The notes beneath the pieces are model-generated. The model was not told the origin of the DNA, made no database searches, and saw nothing but the letters and a program-made list of their open reading frames with translations. Both the position numbers and the translations under genes were made by a program. From the NCBI GenBank assembly GCA_003142255.1, contig PLLO01000013.1, positions 64,784 to 128,783 of the forward strand: a stretch of DNA of 64,000 nt, in the 5' to 3' direction. Every line of letters begins with the position of its first letter. Position 1 is the first letter of the stretch. The DNA is from Bacteroidales bacterium. GTDB lineage: Bacteria; Bacteroidota; Bacteroidia; Bacteroidales; VadinHA17. Below are positions 50,078 to 59,455 of this stretch, piece by piece.

Positions 50078-50214
50078 ATAAATTGATTAAATGATTATAA
50101 TGTCTTAAATCAAAATTACAAATTATGCAAAAAAACAATGCAAAAGCCGATCGTTCTATTTGTTGTAAGGGGATTATTATAAATTTGAAATAAAATCATC
50201 TGATCATTTCAAAA

Positions 50215-52182
50215 ATGCATGGCGATAAATTAAGATTTGAAAGCGCGGAATCTCTGAAAGAAAACAGAAAATTTTATTTCTTTCTTGCAGGTTTCCTGAT
50301 TACATTTCTGATCATCTTAACCTACTGGAGTGCATCAAAGAATGGATTTATCGAATGGGATGACACTGATTATGTGATTAATAATTCTATGGTCAGGAAT
50401 CCGGGGAATACAAATCTAAAAGACATTTTCTCCACAGTAGTGTCCTTAAATTATCATCCGGTGACAATTCTCAGCATGAGGGCTAATAATAACATCTGTG
50501 AGACCTGTCTTGGCGGAATTTCGCCTAAACCTTTCATCCGCGGCAATATAATAATACATATATTAAATTCAATTCTTGTTTTTTACCTGGTTTTCATCTT
50601 GTTTAAAAAAAAGATTACTTTATCTTTCCTTGTAGCAGCAGTATTCGCAGTGCACCCGATGCATGTTGAATCAGTTGCCTGGGTATCGGGTAGGAAAGAT
50701 GTCCTGTACAGTTTTTTCTTTTTATCTGGCTTAATTTCATATATAAAATTTAAAGATAAAGGGAAAGGAAAATACCTTTGGCTGGTCTTTTCTTTCCTCC
50801 TGTTTGTATTATCATGTCTTTCAAAAGCAACGGCAGTCGTATTTCCGGTTGTATTGCTCCTGATCAATTTCTGGTTGTCTGAAAACGATGAAGGAAAACC
50901 TGTAGTTGGAGATTTGTTAAAGGCTGTTTCATTAAAAAACCTGTTAATCCTGGTTCCGTTTTTTGCCGTGTCAGTCTGCGTCGGGCTGATTGCCATTCAT
51001 CTTCAGAGCGGAGAAAACGTACTTGGTATGTTTAAATTCCTCAAAGACCCGCATGATGTCGTTAATACTGTCGCCCCCTTTTCCCTCCTCCAAAGATTTC
51101 AAATAGCCAGCTATGGATTTTTCGTCTATATCATTAAATTCTTTTTCCCGGTCAGGCTTTCAATACTCTATCCTTATCCGCTCCTCACCGAATTCAGCCA
51201 TGGACGTTTCTCATTATTATTATGGCTTGCTTTAATCGCAATGATCCTGACTGTATTCCTGGTACTCTTTACTCTCAGGAAGACCAGGTTGTACTTTTTT
51301 GCATTTGGATTCTATTTCGTGACAATTGCATTAGTGCTCCATTTTTCAACTGTTGGCACAGCCATGCTTGCTGAAAGGTACACATATTTGCCATACATCG
51401 GATTGTCTTTAATCCCGGTTTCTCTGATTATAAACTGTTCAAAAAAAACAAAAAGATTTCTTTATGTCTTCTCCGGGTGTCTTATAATAATTCTGATGGT
51501 TTTGTCGAAACGCCAGGTCAGAATGTGGTCTGATTCTGTTACACTATGGTCACAGGTAATTGATAAGTATCCAAAGCTGGAATTACCAAGATGTGCAAGA
51601 GGAAAATGTTACTATATCAAAATATCTGAGGCGAAAACAGAGAAAGAGAAGCAACAATTTGAAGATAAGGCATTGTCAGACTTTCTGATTGCAATCGGGG
51701 CAGGAACAAGAAGCGCAGATGTATTTGAAGGTACGGGAGTCATATATGAATCAAAGGGAGATATGAAATCCGCCCTTACATTTTTAAATAAGGCAATTTT
51801 AGAAGAACCGAAAAAGGGCAGTGCTTATTATAACAGAGCCATGGTTTATGACCAGATGAATCTGAAAGAGGAAGCAATCGAAGATTATGGTTTAGCTTTG
51901 GAATACAGCCCGGAACTGGCAGTTAAAACACTTACCAACAGAGTAAATCTTTTAGTTGAAACAGGCAGGTTCCGGGAGGCCGTAGCCGATCTTGACAAAT
52001 TAATTTTAGCAAACAACAAGAACTCCCGCAGTTTTAGCAACAGGGCATTTTGCAAAATGCAGTTAAATGATATTTCCGGGGCGCTTGAGGATTACCGCAT
52101 AGCTCTTAGACTCGACCCCGGCGATCAGGACGCCAGGAAAGTGTTGCAAGTTCTTATCGAGAGTCAGAAAAGTAAAAAATGA
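50215..52182 (+). CDS. TMTC/PMT-like GT-C membrane glycosyltransferase with C-terminal TPR repeats
   Basis: 655 aa; about 11 TM helices; first-loop motif GFIEWDDTDYVINN (compare FVFDD..AI.NN of TMTC proteins); four or more TPR units at the C-terminus. Confidence 0.6.
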   Translation: MHGDKLRFESAESLKENRKFYFFLAGFLITFLIILTYWSASKNGFIEWDDTDYVINNSMVRNPGNTNLKDIFSTVVSLNYHPVTILSMRANNNICETCLGGISPKPFIRGNIIIHILNSILVFYLVFILFKKKITLSFLVAAVFAVHPMHVESVAWVSGRKDVLYSFFFLSGLISYIKFKDKGKGKYLWLVFSFLLFVLSCLSKATAVVFPVVLLLINFWLSENDEGKPVVGDLLKAVSLKNLLILVPFFAVSVCVGLIAIHLQSGENVLGMFKFLKDPHDVVNTVAPFSLLQRFQIASYGFFVYIIKFFFPVRLSILYPYPLLTEFSHGRFSLLLWLALIAMILTVFLVLFTLRKTRLYFFAFGFYFVTIALVLHFSTVGTAMLAERYTYLPYIGLSLIPVSLIINCSKKTKRFLYVFSGCLIIILMVLSKRQVRMWSDSVTLWSQVIDKYPKLELPRCARGKCYYIKISEAKTEKEKQQFEDKALSDFLIAIGAGTRSADVFEGTGVIYESKGDMKSALTFLNKAILEEPKKGSAYYNRAMVYDQMNLKEEAIEDYGLALEYSPELAVKTLTNRVNLLVETGRFREAVADLDKLILANNKNSRSFSNRAFCKMQLNDISGALEDYRIALRLDPGDQDARKVLQVLIESQKSKK

Positions 52183-52195
52183 AATATCCAAAATA

Positions 52196-52972
52196 GTGAC
52201 ACACAACGGATCATACAGAAACATCATTAATAAATTTGGTTATCCCAGGTATCAGTGGGGGCTGATTACCCATCATTCAGAGCAGGGTGAAGGATGGGAC
52301 TCACACCTTGCACATTGCCGTCAGTTCATCTTAAAAGCGATAGATTTCTATAAGCCTGAAAAGGTAACTGTGCTGGGCAGTGGCTGGCTTCTCGATGTCC
52401 CTGTTGCAGAGATGCTTGAAAGGAACCTCAAAGTAACACTCATTGATATAGTCCACCCTCCGGAAGTGAAGAAGCAGCTGGGCGGCCTCAAAAATGTAGA
52501 GCTGATTGAAAAGGATGCGACAGGCGGGCTTGTAGAAGAAGTCTTTGAAAAGTGCCGGAAGACATCTGCTTTTCGCAAAATGCATAACCTCGATGATATT
52601 GTAATCCCGGAACTGACACTCGATGGAGATCCGGGCCTGATCGTTTCCCTGAATCTCATTTCACAGCTTGATGTTCTGCCAATACAATATCTCAGGAAAA
52701 AAGCAAAGGTATCTGAAGAACAATTTGAGAAATTCAGAATTGCAGTTCAGCAGAAACACGTTGATTTTCTTTTAAAACATCCGTCAGTGATGATAACTGA
52801 TACAACGGAAGTCTATACCGGGACTTCTGGAAATACTGACGATTTTCAGTGGATTGTTGCTGATCTGCCTGAAGGTAAATACAAGGAAGAATGGACCTGG
52901 GATTTTGATCTTAATAAATCAGGCTCCTATGAAAAAAGATCTGTTCTGAAAGTAATAGCGCTCATTCTATAG
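52196..52972 (+). CDS. Hypothetical protein, possible class I SAM-dependent methyltransferase fold
   Basis: 258 aa (GTG start); VTVLGSGWLLDVP and LIDIVHP resemble MTase motifs I and II; weak call. Confidence 0.4.
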   Translation: MTHNGSYRNIINKFGYPRYQWGLITHHSEQGEGWDSHLAHCRQFILKAIDFYKPEKVTVLGSGWLLDVPVAEMLERNLKVTLIDIVHPPEVKKQLGGLKNVELIEKDATGGLVEEVFEKCRKTSAFRKMHNLDDIVIPELTLDGDPGLIVSLNLISQLDVLPIQYLRKKAKVSEEQFEKFRIAVQQKHVDFLLKHPSVMITDTTEVYTGTSGNTDDFQWIVADLPEGKYKEEWTWDFDLNKSGSYEKRSVLKVIALIL

Positions 52973-53009
52973 CTGAGGAGCCTTGCCCCATTCTTTGCCG
53001 CTGAAATAG

Positions 53010-53894
53010 TTATAATTCCTGTGGCTTATCGTGTTTAATGAAGGTGTTATTATCAAGCTCTCTGAAGGCTTCATCCAGTTCTTCTTTCGTATTCATAACA
53101 ATGGGTCCGCCCCAGGCGACAGGCTCCTTAAGTGGCTTCGCGGCCATGAGGAAAAACCTTGCTCCTTCAGCTCCTGCCCTGACAAGAACTTCATCATAGT
53201 CAGAGCTGCCTGATGATGATCCTGCCATCAGGAAGGCACATGCTTTTTCTTCAAAATCAGCGAGCGCATCATCCACCGCCAGGGTTCCTTCAATAAGATA
53301 GAGAAATAAAGTCTGATCGTTGGAGGTTTCCTGATAATGCCAATCGGTGTCGGGTTTAAGCGCCACATCCAGATACTGAACTTTTATATGTTCACCTTTA
53401 ACTGCACCGTGATGGTCATGGTAGTTGCCGGATAAAACTCTGACTGTCGCGTTTTTTTCCTGAACCATTGAAACATCTTGCTGTTTAATATCACGATAAG
53501 CCGGCTGTGTCATTTTATCCTTTTTGGGAAGATTGACCCAAAGCTGACAACCCAGCAGTCTTTCAGAAGCCTTTGGCATCTCCTGGTGAACAATACCTGA
53601 TCCCGCAGTCATCCATTGACATTGAAGATCCCGGATAAATCCACTATTGCCCAGGCTGTCTCCATGCTCTATTTCTCCCCGTAACAGATATGTTACAGTT
53701 TCAATTCCACGGTGAGGATGCCATGGAAAACCGCGGATATAATCTTTAGGATTGGTAGAATCAAAACCATCCAACATTAAGAAGGGATCAAAATCCTTAA
53801 CAGTATTTAATCCCAGGACCCTGCGCAAACGAACACCGGCTCCGTCAATTGCGTTTTGTCCTCTCACAATTTGTGTACATTTTCTTCTGGACAT
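53010..53894 (-). CDS. Pirin family protein
   Basis: Start moved to MSRRKCTQIV; FPWHPHRGIETVTYLL cupin metal motif. Confidence 0.85.
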   Translation of the reverse strand: MSRRKCTQIVRGQNAIDGAGVRLRRVLGLNTVKDFDPFLMLDGFDSTNPKDYIRGFPWHPHRGIETVTYLLRGEIEHGDSLGNSGFIRDLQCQWMTAGSGIVHQEMPKASERLLGCQLWVNLPKKDKMTQPAYRDIKQQDVSMVQEKNATVRVLSGNYHDHHGAVKGEHIKVQYLDVALKPDTDWHYQETSNDQTLFLYLIEGTLAVDDALADFEEKACAFLMAGSSSGSSDYDEVLVRAGAEGARFFLMAAKPLKEPVAWGGPIVMNTKEELDEAFRELDNNTFIKHDKPQEL

Positions 53895-54020
53895 ATTTGC
53901 ATCTTTTATCAATTTGCAAATTAAATATATTCTTTGGAAATTTGACCCGGCTGTCATTCATTCTATCAGCAGCTTTTATAAGCATTGAATTTTAAACAAG
54001 TTAACAAAGGAGACAGATCC

Positions 54021-55166
54021 ATGGCATATAAAGATGTTTTAAGAAACGGGATAAGGACATTTGAAGATCTGGAGAAATGGCTCATCGGTCAGAAGGCAAA
54101 AGTTGATCCACGACTCAGGGACGTTATCGCCAAATATCCCATGAGGATAAACACTTATTACCTCGGGCTCATTGAAAAGATAAATGACGGCATCTGGAAA
54201 CAGGCAATTCCTGATGTCGAAGAACTTGAGCATTATATGGACCTGACGGAAGATCCCCTGGACGAGGAAGGAGATATTCCTCTTGGCGGTCCAAGAACAA
54301 TAGTACACAGGTATCCTGACAGAGTTCTGTTGCTGGCATCAAACGAATGCTCAATGTATTGCAGATTCTGCACAAGAAAAAGAAAAGTAGGTGACGACAA
54401 TAAGAATCCTTCAAGTGAGGATATAAATAAAGGAATCGATTACATTGCAACTCACGAAGATATCAGGGATGTATTAATCTCCGGCGGTGATCCGCTATTG
54501 CTTTCGAACAGAAAGCTTGATGAAATTCTGGGAAGACTTTCTGTAATTGACCATCTTGATTTAATCAGAATAGGCACAAGAGTCCCGTGCGTGTGGCCGC
54601 AAAAGATTATCGAAGACAAAGAATTAATTGAGATGCTGAAAAAATATACCCCGCGGTCACTTAAGCAGCCGCAATTCTTTATAAACACGCACTTTAATCA
54701 TCCCAATGAAATAACCGAAGAGAGCTTTCAGGCCATTAAAATTCTAAGGGAGCTGGGCATCCCTCTTGGAAATCAAACGGTTCTCTTAAAGGGAGTTAAC
54801 GACGACACAGATATAATGCGAGACCTGATGCACGGGCTCGGAAAGCTGGGAGTAAAACCATATTATCTATATTATGCGGATCTTGTTGAGGGAACTGGTC
54901 ATTTCAGGACAGAAGTTTATAAAGGGAAAGAAATCTGCAGAGACCTTTGCGGAGCTACAACGGGCTTTCTTCGACCCACATATGTGGTGGATGTTCAGGG
55001 CGGCAGGGGCAAGGTCCCGGTAGATCTGGGATATTCAGATGGAATCAGTGAAGAAAAAAAGGGAGGAACTCTTACATCAGCCATCGGACTTGGGAAAGTC
55101 TTCATAAATGACCCGACTGAAAGAATAGAGGGGAAACCGTCAAGACATAATCTATACAAGAAATAA
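54021..55166 (+). CDS. KamA family radical SAM aminomutase (lysine 2,3-aminomutase-like)
   Basis: Start moved to MAYKDVL (AGGAGA-like RBS upstream); CSMYCRFCTRKR cluster motif; GGRGKVP PLP-lysine motif. Confidence 0.8.
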   Translation: MAYKDVLRNGIRTFEDLEKWLIGQKAKVDPRLRDVIAKYPMRINTYYLGLIEKINDGIWKQAIPDVEELEHYMDLTEDPLDEEGDIPLGGPRTIVHRYPDRVLLLASNECSMYCRFCTRKRKVGDDNKNPSSEDINKGIDYIATHEDIRDVLISGGDPLLLSNRKLDEILGRLSVIDHLDLIRIGTRVPCVWPQKIIEDKELIEMLKKYTPRSLKQPQFFINTHFNHPNEITEESFQAIKILRELGIPLGNQTVLLKGVNDDTDIMRDLMHGLGKLGVKPYYLYYADLVEGTGHFRTEVYKGKEICRDLCGATTGFLRPTYVVDVQGGRGKVPVDLGYSDGISEEKKGGTLTSAIGLGKVFINDPTERIEGKPSRHNLYKK

Positions 55167-55275
55167 TAATATTTTTTCTTATTTCATTTTCGGCCCCGGA
55201 TGAAAAATCCAGGAGTCGTGGCCACTTTTGGCCAGTCATTCCGGGTACCCGGGGACACCTGACAAACAATCAAAA

Positions 55276-57420
55276 ATGAAACAAACATTTATACTTCTGA
55301 CTATTGGGCTCTTCTTTGCCGGAACAATAAGCCTGACGGCTCAGAATAAGCTATTTACTGCCGGTGATTACCTAAACCGCGAATTGTCGCCAAAGAGCAT
55401 AACAGGAATCTCCTGGCGCGGAAACCTGGATGCATTTACCTTTATCGAGAATAACTGTCTTATTCAGAAAACCGCTGACAATCCGGCAATGGCAGATACC
55501 ATTCTTGCCCTGCCAGTCCTGAATTCAAAGCTGAAAGACCTGAAACAGGCTGCGCTCACTCAATTTCCGGCAATAACCTGGATGGATAATAACCGGCTTT
55601 ATTACCGGGATCAGGCAGGTATATTTTTGTTTGATTTTGCGGCCTTCACTCTCGTAAAAGCCAATGAATATGACAAAGGCGGAGAAAACATTGCCATCGA
55701 CAAAAAGAAGCTGCACGTGGCTTACACTTTAAAGAACAACCTTTTTGTTGTAATTAACGGCGAGACTATTCAGGTTACTGATGAAAAGAACAGCGACATC
55801 GTTTACGGGCAGATACCGTCGAGAAATGAATTTGGCATAGATGCCGGCTCATACTGGTCGCCTGACGGGGAATTGCTGGCTTTTTACAAAACCGATCAGA
55901 GTGAGGTGGCTGATTATCCGTTGGTCGACATTTTTGACCGGGTTGCCCAGGTTGCGCCAATAAAATATCCCATGGCAGGCATGAAAAGCCAGAAGGTTGA
56001 GCTGGGAGTCTTTAATCCTGCTCTGAACGAGATAGTTTACCTTCAGACTACAGGTCCTGAAAACCAATATATTACCTCGGTAAGCTGGGATCCGTCGTGC
56101 AGGTTCATTTATGCCGGCATTCTGAACCGGGACCAGGACCATTTTACAATGAACAAATATGAAACCAGCACCGGGAAGCTGGTCAAAGCCCTGTTCGAAG
56201 AGAAGAACGACAGATATGTTGAGCCGATGCATGGCTTGTATTTCCCTGAAAATGATACATCAAAGTTTATCTGGCAGAGCCGCCGCGACGGCTGGAATCA
56301 TCTTTACCTTTATGATACGGAAGGGACTATGATCCGGCAGATCACCCGTGGCAGCTGGGAAGTGACCGACCTCCTGGGCTGTGACCCGCAGGGAAACTCG
56401 GTTTTTTATGAATCAACCATGGAGAGCCCCATTGAAAAGCATCTTTATAAAACCGGGATAAAATCCGGTAAAACTGAACGGCTGACTACATCCGAAGGGA
56501 TGCACAACAATATTGCGGCAGGTAGCAGGAATTATTTTATTGATGTTTTCAGCAGCCCACAGATGGCACGAGCATATTATTTGCTCGACAGGAAAGGAGT
56601 GAAGCTTGCCACACTGAAAGAAGATACAAATCCTTACAAGGATTACAAAATCGGTGCAATGTCGATTTTCACAATAAAAGCTGACGACGGTCTCACTGAC
56701 CTTTATTGCCGTCTGATAAAGCCGGTTGATTTTGATCCTGCAAGAAAATACCCGGTCTTCGTTTATATTTATGGCGGGCCCCATGCACAGATGATCAATA
56801 AATCATGGACTGGCGGTGCAGGTTTTTTCCTGAATTACATTGCCCAGCAGGGCTATGTGGTTTTTACCCTCGACAACCGCGGCTCGGCAAACCGGGGATT
56901 TGAGTTTGAAAGCATCATTCACCGGCAGCTTGGTGAGAATGAGATGGCCGACCAGATGGCAGGCGTCAGGTATATTAAATCGCTTGATTATGTCGATACC
57001 ACCCGGATTGGCCTGAATGGCTGGAGCTATGGCGGGTTTATGACTATTTCGCTCATGCTGCGCCACCCCGGTGTTTTCAAGGTTGCGTGTGCCGGAGGCC
57101 CGGTTATCGACTGGAAATGGTACGAGGTAATGTATGGCGAGCGATATATGGATACACCCATGAAAAACCCCGAAGGCTATAAAAGAGCCTCCCTGATTAA
57201 TTATGTCGGCAACCTGAAAGGAAAATTATTGATTATTCATGGAACCAACGACAACACGGTCGTCTGGCAAAATAGTCTTACGTTTCTTGACGAGTGTATC
57301 AAGCAGGGGAAGCAGGTTGATTATTTCGTATATCCCGGGGCCGAGCATAACATGGTCGGCAAAGCAAAAGTGCATCTTTTTGAAAAAATATCTGGATATT
57401 TCAACGATTATTTAAAATAA
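55276..57420 (+). CDS. Dipeptidyl-peptidase IV (S9B family), secreted
   Basis: Start moved to MKQTFILLTIGLFF; DPPIV N-terminal propeller; GWSYGG nucleophile; C-terminal D and H residues. Confidence 0.85.
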   Translation: MKQTFILLTIGLFFAGTISLTAQNKLFTAGDYLNRELSPKSITGISWRGNLDAFTFIENNCLIQKTADNPAMADTILALPVLNSKLKDLKQAALTQFPAITWMDNNRLYYRDQAGIFLFDFAAFTLVKANEYDKGGENIAIDKKKLHVAYTLKNNLFVVINGETIQVTDEKNSDIVYGQIPSRNEFGIDAGSYWSPDGELLAFYKTDQSEVADYPLVDIFDRVAQVAPIKYPMAGMKSQKVELGVFNPALNEIVYLQTTGPENQYITSVSWDPSCRFIYAGILNRDQDHFTMNKYETSTGKLVKALFEEKNDRYVEPMHGLYFPENDTSKFIWQSRRDGWNHLYLYDTEGTMIRQITRGSWEVTDLLGCDPQGNSVFYESTMESPIEKHLYKTGIKSGKTERLTTSEGMHNNIAAGSRNYFIDVFSSPQMARAYYLLDRKGVKLATLKEDTNPYKDYKIGAMSIFTIKADDGLTDLYCRLIKPVDFDPARKYPVFVYIYGGPHAQMINKSWTGGAGFFLNYIAQQGYVVFTLDNRGSANRGFEFESIIHRQLGENEMADQMAGVRYIKSLDYVDTTRIGLNGWSYGGFMTISLMLRHPGVFKVACAGGPVIDWKWYEVMYGERYMDTPMKNPEGYKRASLINYVGNLKGKLLIIHGTNDNTVVWQNSLTFLDECIKQGKQVDYFVYPGAEHNMVGKAKVHLFEKISGYFNDYLK

Positions 57421-57440
57421 TCTCAGGTGTAAAAGAATGA

Positions 57441-57477
57441 AAAAAGCCTTGCCACACAAAATGTGGCAAGGCTTTTA
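57441..57477. terminator. Bidirectional Rho-independent terminator
   Basis: Perfect 12-bp stem AGCCTTGCCACA / TGTGGCAAGGCT flanked by an A-run and a T-run, between convergent genes. Confidence 0.8.
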
Positions 57478-57511
57478 TTCTTGTTTTTTCGTGAACTTGA
57501 TTACCACTGAT

Positions 57512-58903
57512 TTATTGTGGTTTTGTGATAATATTAGCATCAAGGACGACTGCAGTCTGTGCCAGGGCTCTTCCATTCATTGAAGCGCCTGTCTTAAAAG
57601 TAATGCCTGTCTTGCATAATATGTTTCCTTCAAAATGAGCAGTTGTTCCCATAGTAGCTATCCCGGCAACCTGCCAGAAAATGTTTTTAGCCAATGCTCC
57701 TCCGCTCAGGGTTACATTCACAGCATTGCTTACTGTAAGGTCCTTTGAAATCTGAAAAATCCAAACATCGGTTGCGCTGCCCGAAATAGTCATGCTTGTT
57801 GGTACTAAAACAGTGGTCGACCATTTATAAAGGCCCGGTACCAGAGTTTTACCACCAATATTCCCGGTGTATAATTCTGTAAAATCCGGTAATGTTCTTC
57901 CTGCAGCATCAGTATACGCTGTTTCCATGTTACTGATAGCCGTTGTCATATTAGCAGGAGTCGGACTCGCATAGCCGGGCGCGTATATTTTTCCGGTCAC
58001 CAAAGATGATGTGGAAAATGCACTCCCTGCCGGAAGGATCAACGCAAATCCCGTTATGTAAGTCGCGGCAGCCGGACTAATTCCAATATCTCCGTTAATA
58101 TGGGTGGTTCCTGTCGTCGAAATTTTTGTTTTAGCCAGTATAGCAAAATTGGCAGCTGTTCCAAGATTTACAGCTGAGAGATTTGCCAATGAAGCACTGG
58201 TTGTAAAACTCCATCCGGTATTGGCGGCCAATGCATTACCGGCCAAGTCTTTTGCTCCGGTAGTTATCGTAGCGGTATAAACAGTAGAGGCTAAAAGTAC
58301 ATTTGTCGGAGTAAAGGTTGCAATTGTTCCGGTATAAGACACTGTACCGGGAACTGATGTTGTCCCTTGCTTTAATGTAAATGAAGAGGTTAACGATGAG
58401 GGATTCATTGCTTCACTGAAGTTTATTGATACTGCCTTGTCGCGTCCAACAGCTGTTGCATTGTTAAGCGGGCTGGTAGAGTTAATTGTGGGCAAAATAT
58501 TATCTGTTGCAGCACCAGTTGTAAAGGTGAAGGTATAATTGCTTAACATGGCAACGCCAGCCTCATTCTTAGCTCCGGTAGTGATTGTTCCGGTATAAAC
58601 AGTAGAAACTAAAAGCACATTTGTCGGAGTAAAAGTGGCAGATGTACCTATGTATGTTACGACACCGGGAACAGATGTTGACCCCTGGTTTAGCGTAAAA
58701 GTTAAACCTGTGATCGTTGAGATATCCATCGGTTCGCTAAATTCAACAACCACCATCCTGTTGATGGCCACCTGCGTAGAATTGTTAGCCGGGTTAGTTG
58801 AAGTCACTGTAGGCGTTCCACCGGTATCATTATTTTTTTTGCAACCGGCAATAAATACAATCAATAGCATTACTATGATTGAAAAAACACTTTTTAGTTT
58901 CAT
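57512..58903 (-). CDS. Lipoprotein with two Ig-like repeats and a C-terminal DUF3494 ice-binding-like beta-helix domain
   Basis: 463 aa; lipobox FIAGC; NLGTAANFAILAKT..INGDIGISP..ITGF, YTDAAGR, PGLYKW, VWIFQI, AKNIFWQVAG, AHFEGNIL and NGRALAQTAV match the IBP-1 (DUF3494) family. Confidence 0.85.
   Translation of the reverse strand: MKLKSVFSIIVMLLIVFIAGCKKNNDTGGTPTVTSTNPANNSTQVAINRMVVVEFSEPMDISTITGLTFTLNQGSTSVPGVVTYIGTSATFTPTNVLLVSTVYTGTITTGAKNEAGVAMLSNYTFTFTTGAATDNILPTINSTSPLNNATAVGRDKAVSINFSEAMNPSSLTSSFTLKQGTTSVPGTVSYTGTIATFTPTNVLLASTVYTATITTGAKDLAGNALAANTGWSFTTSASLANLSAVNLGTAANFAILAKTKISTTGTTHINGDIGISPAAATYITGFALILPAGSAFSTSSLVTGKIYAPGYASPTPANMTTAISNMETAYTDAAGRTLPDFTELYTGNIGGKTLVPGLYKWSTTVLVPTSMTISGSATDVWIFQISKDLTVSNAVNVTLSGGALAKNIFWQVAGIATMGTTAHFEGNILCKTGITFKTGASMNGRALAQTAVVLDANIITKPQ
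58208..58807 (-). repeat. Internal tandem duplication encoding the two Ig-like domains
   Basis: About 95-aa units share ...GT.SVPG.V.Y.GT.ATFTPTNVLL.STVYT.TITTGAK..AG.A; the similarity is visible at DNA level (compare 58275-58380 with 58593-58700). Confidence 0.75.
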
Positions 58904-58959
58904 TCTATTTATTTTTAATTATCATGGAACAAAGATACTTGTGACTATCCCGCAAAGTG

Positions 58960-58997
58960 TTACATGATTATTTAAAACAATTATATAATTCACACAT
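58960..58997 (-). promoter_or_regulatory. AraC-type direct-repeat operator, copy C (upstream of the ice-binding lipoprotein gene)
   Basis: TTACATgATTA-N10-TTATATaATTCACACAT; repeat starts are 21 bp apart; 56 nt upstream of start 58903. Confidence 0.55.
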
Positions 58998-59162
58998 TTA
59001 AAATATGTTATGCCATTCAATATAGAAGGTATAATGAACCTAATGGAATGATTCTTTAAATTTTGTAAAAATCACATTTAAGCATAATTGATTACAGAAA
59101 GTAATTCCTTATGTATAGGAATTGATAAAAGAATAAGCCGGTTCCTGGCAGCAAAAATTGAA

Positions 59163-59345
59163 TCAGAATGCAGCAATAATGTAAAGTAGTTCCAGATTTG
59201 TTTTTCCAAGCTTATTCCCCAGCATTTCTATCATTTCTTTCTCCTTCCCTTCGTGAAAGCTCAAATCCTGCTCGGTTATAGTTGGGAATTTCTGCTTGAG
59301 TTTTGATTTTGTCTTTCTCCAATATCCTGTAGAAATATTATCCAT
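59163..59345 (-). CDS. CsbD-like stress protein (divergent paralog)
   Basis: 60 aa; GYWRKTKSKLKQKFPTITEQDLSFHEGKEKEMIEMLGNKLG follows the CsbD pattern. Confidence 0.65.
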   Translation of the reverse strand: MDNISTGYWRKTKSKLKQKFPTITEQDLSFHEGKEKEMIEMLGNKLGKTNLELLYIIAAF

Positions 59346-59455
59346 TAATGTCTCCTTGTTGTCTTACTTCTGTGTAGTAGATTTATTTATTTTCTTTTTA
59401 AAAGTCGATTTAAAGTACTTTCTTGCCTTATTGATACCGGTAATTGATGCCAGCT

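Noticed and set aside
59100-59162. Hairpin AATTCCT-tatgtat-AGGAATT downstream of the second csbD paralog as a terminator
   Set aside because: It is a 7-bp A/T-rich stem without a following U-run on the minus strand. That is too weak to call, although it fits the ice-binding gene having its own promoter.
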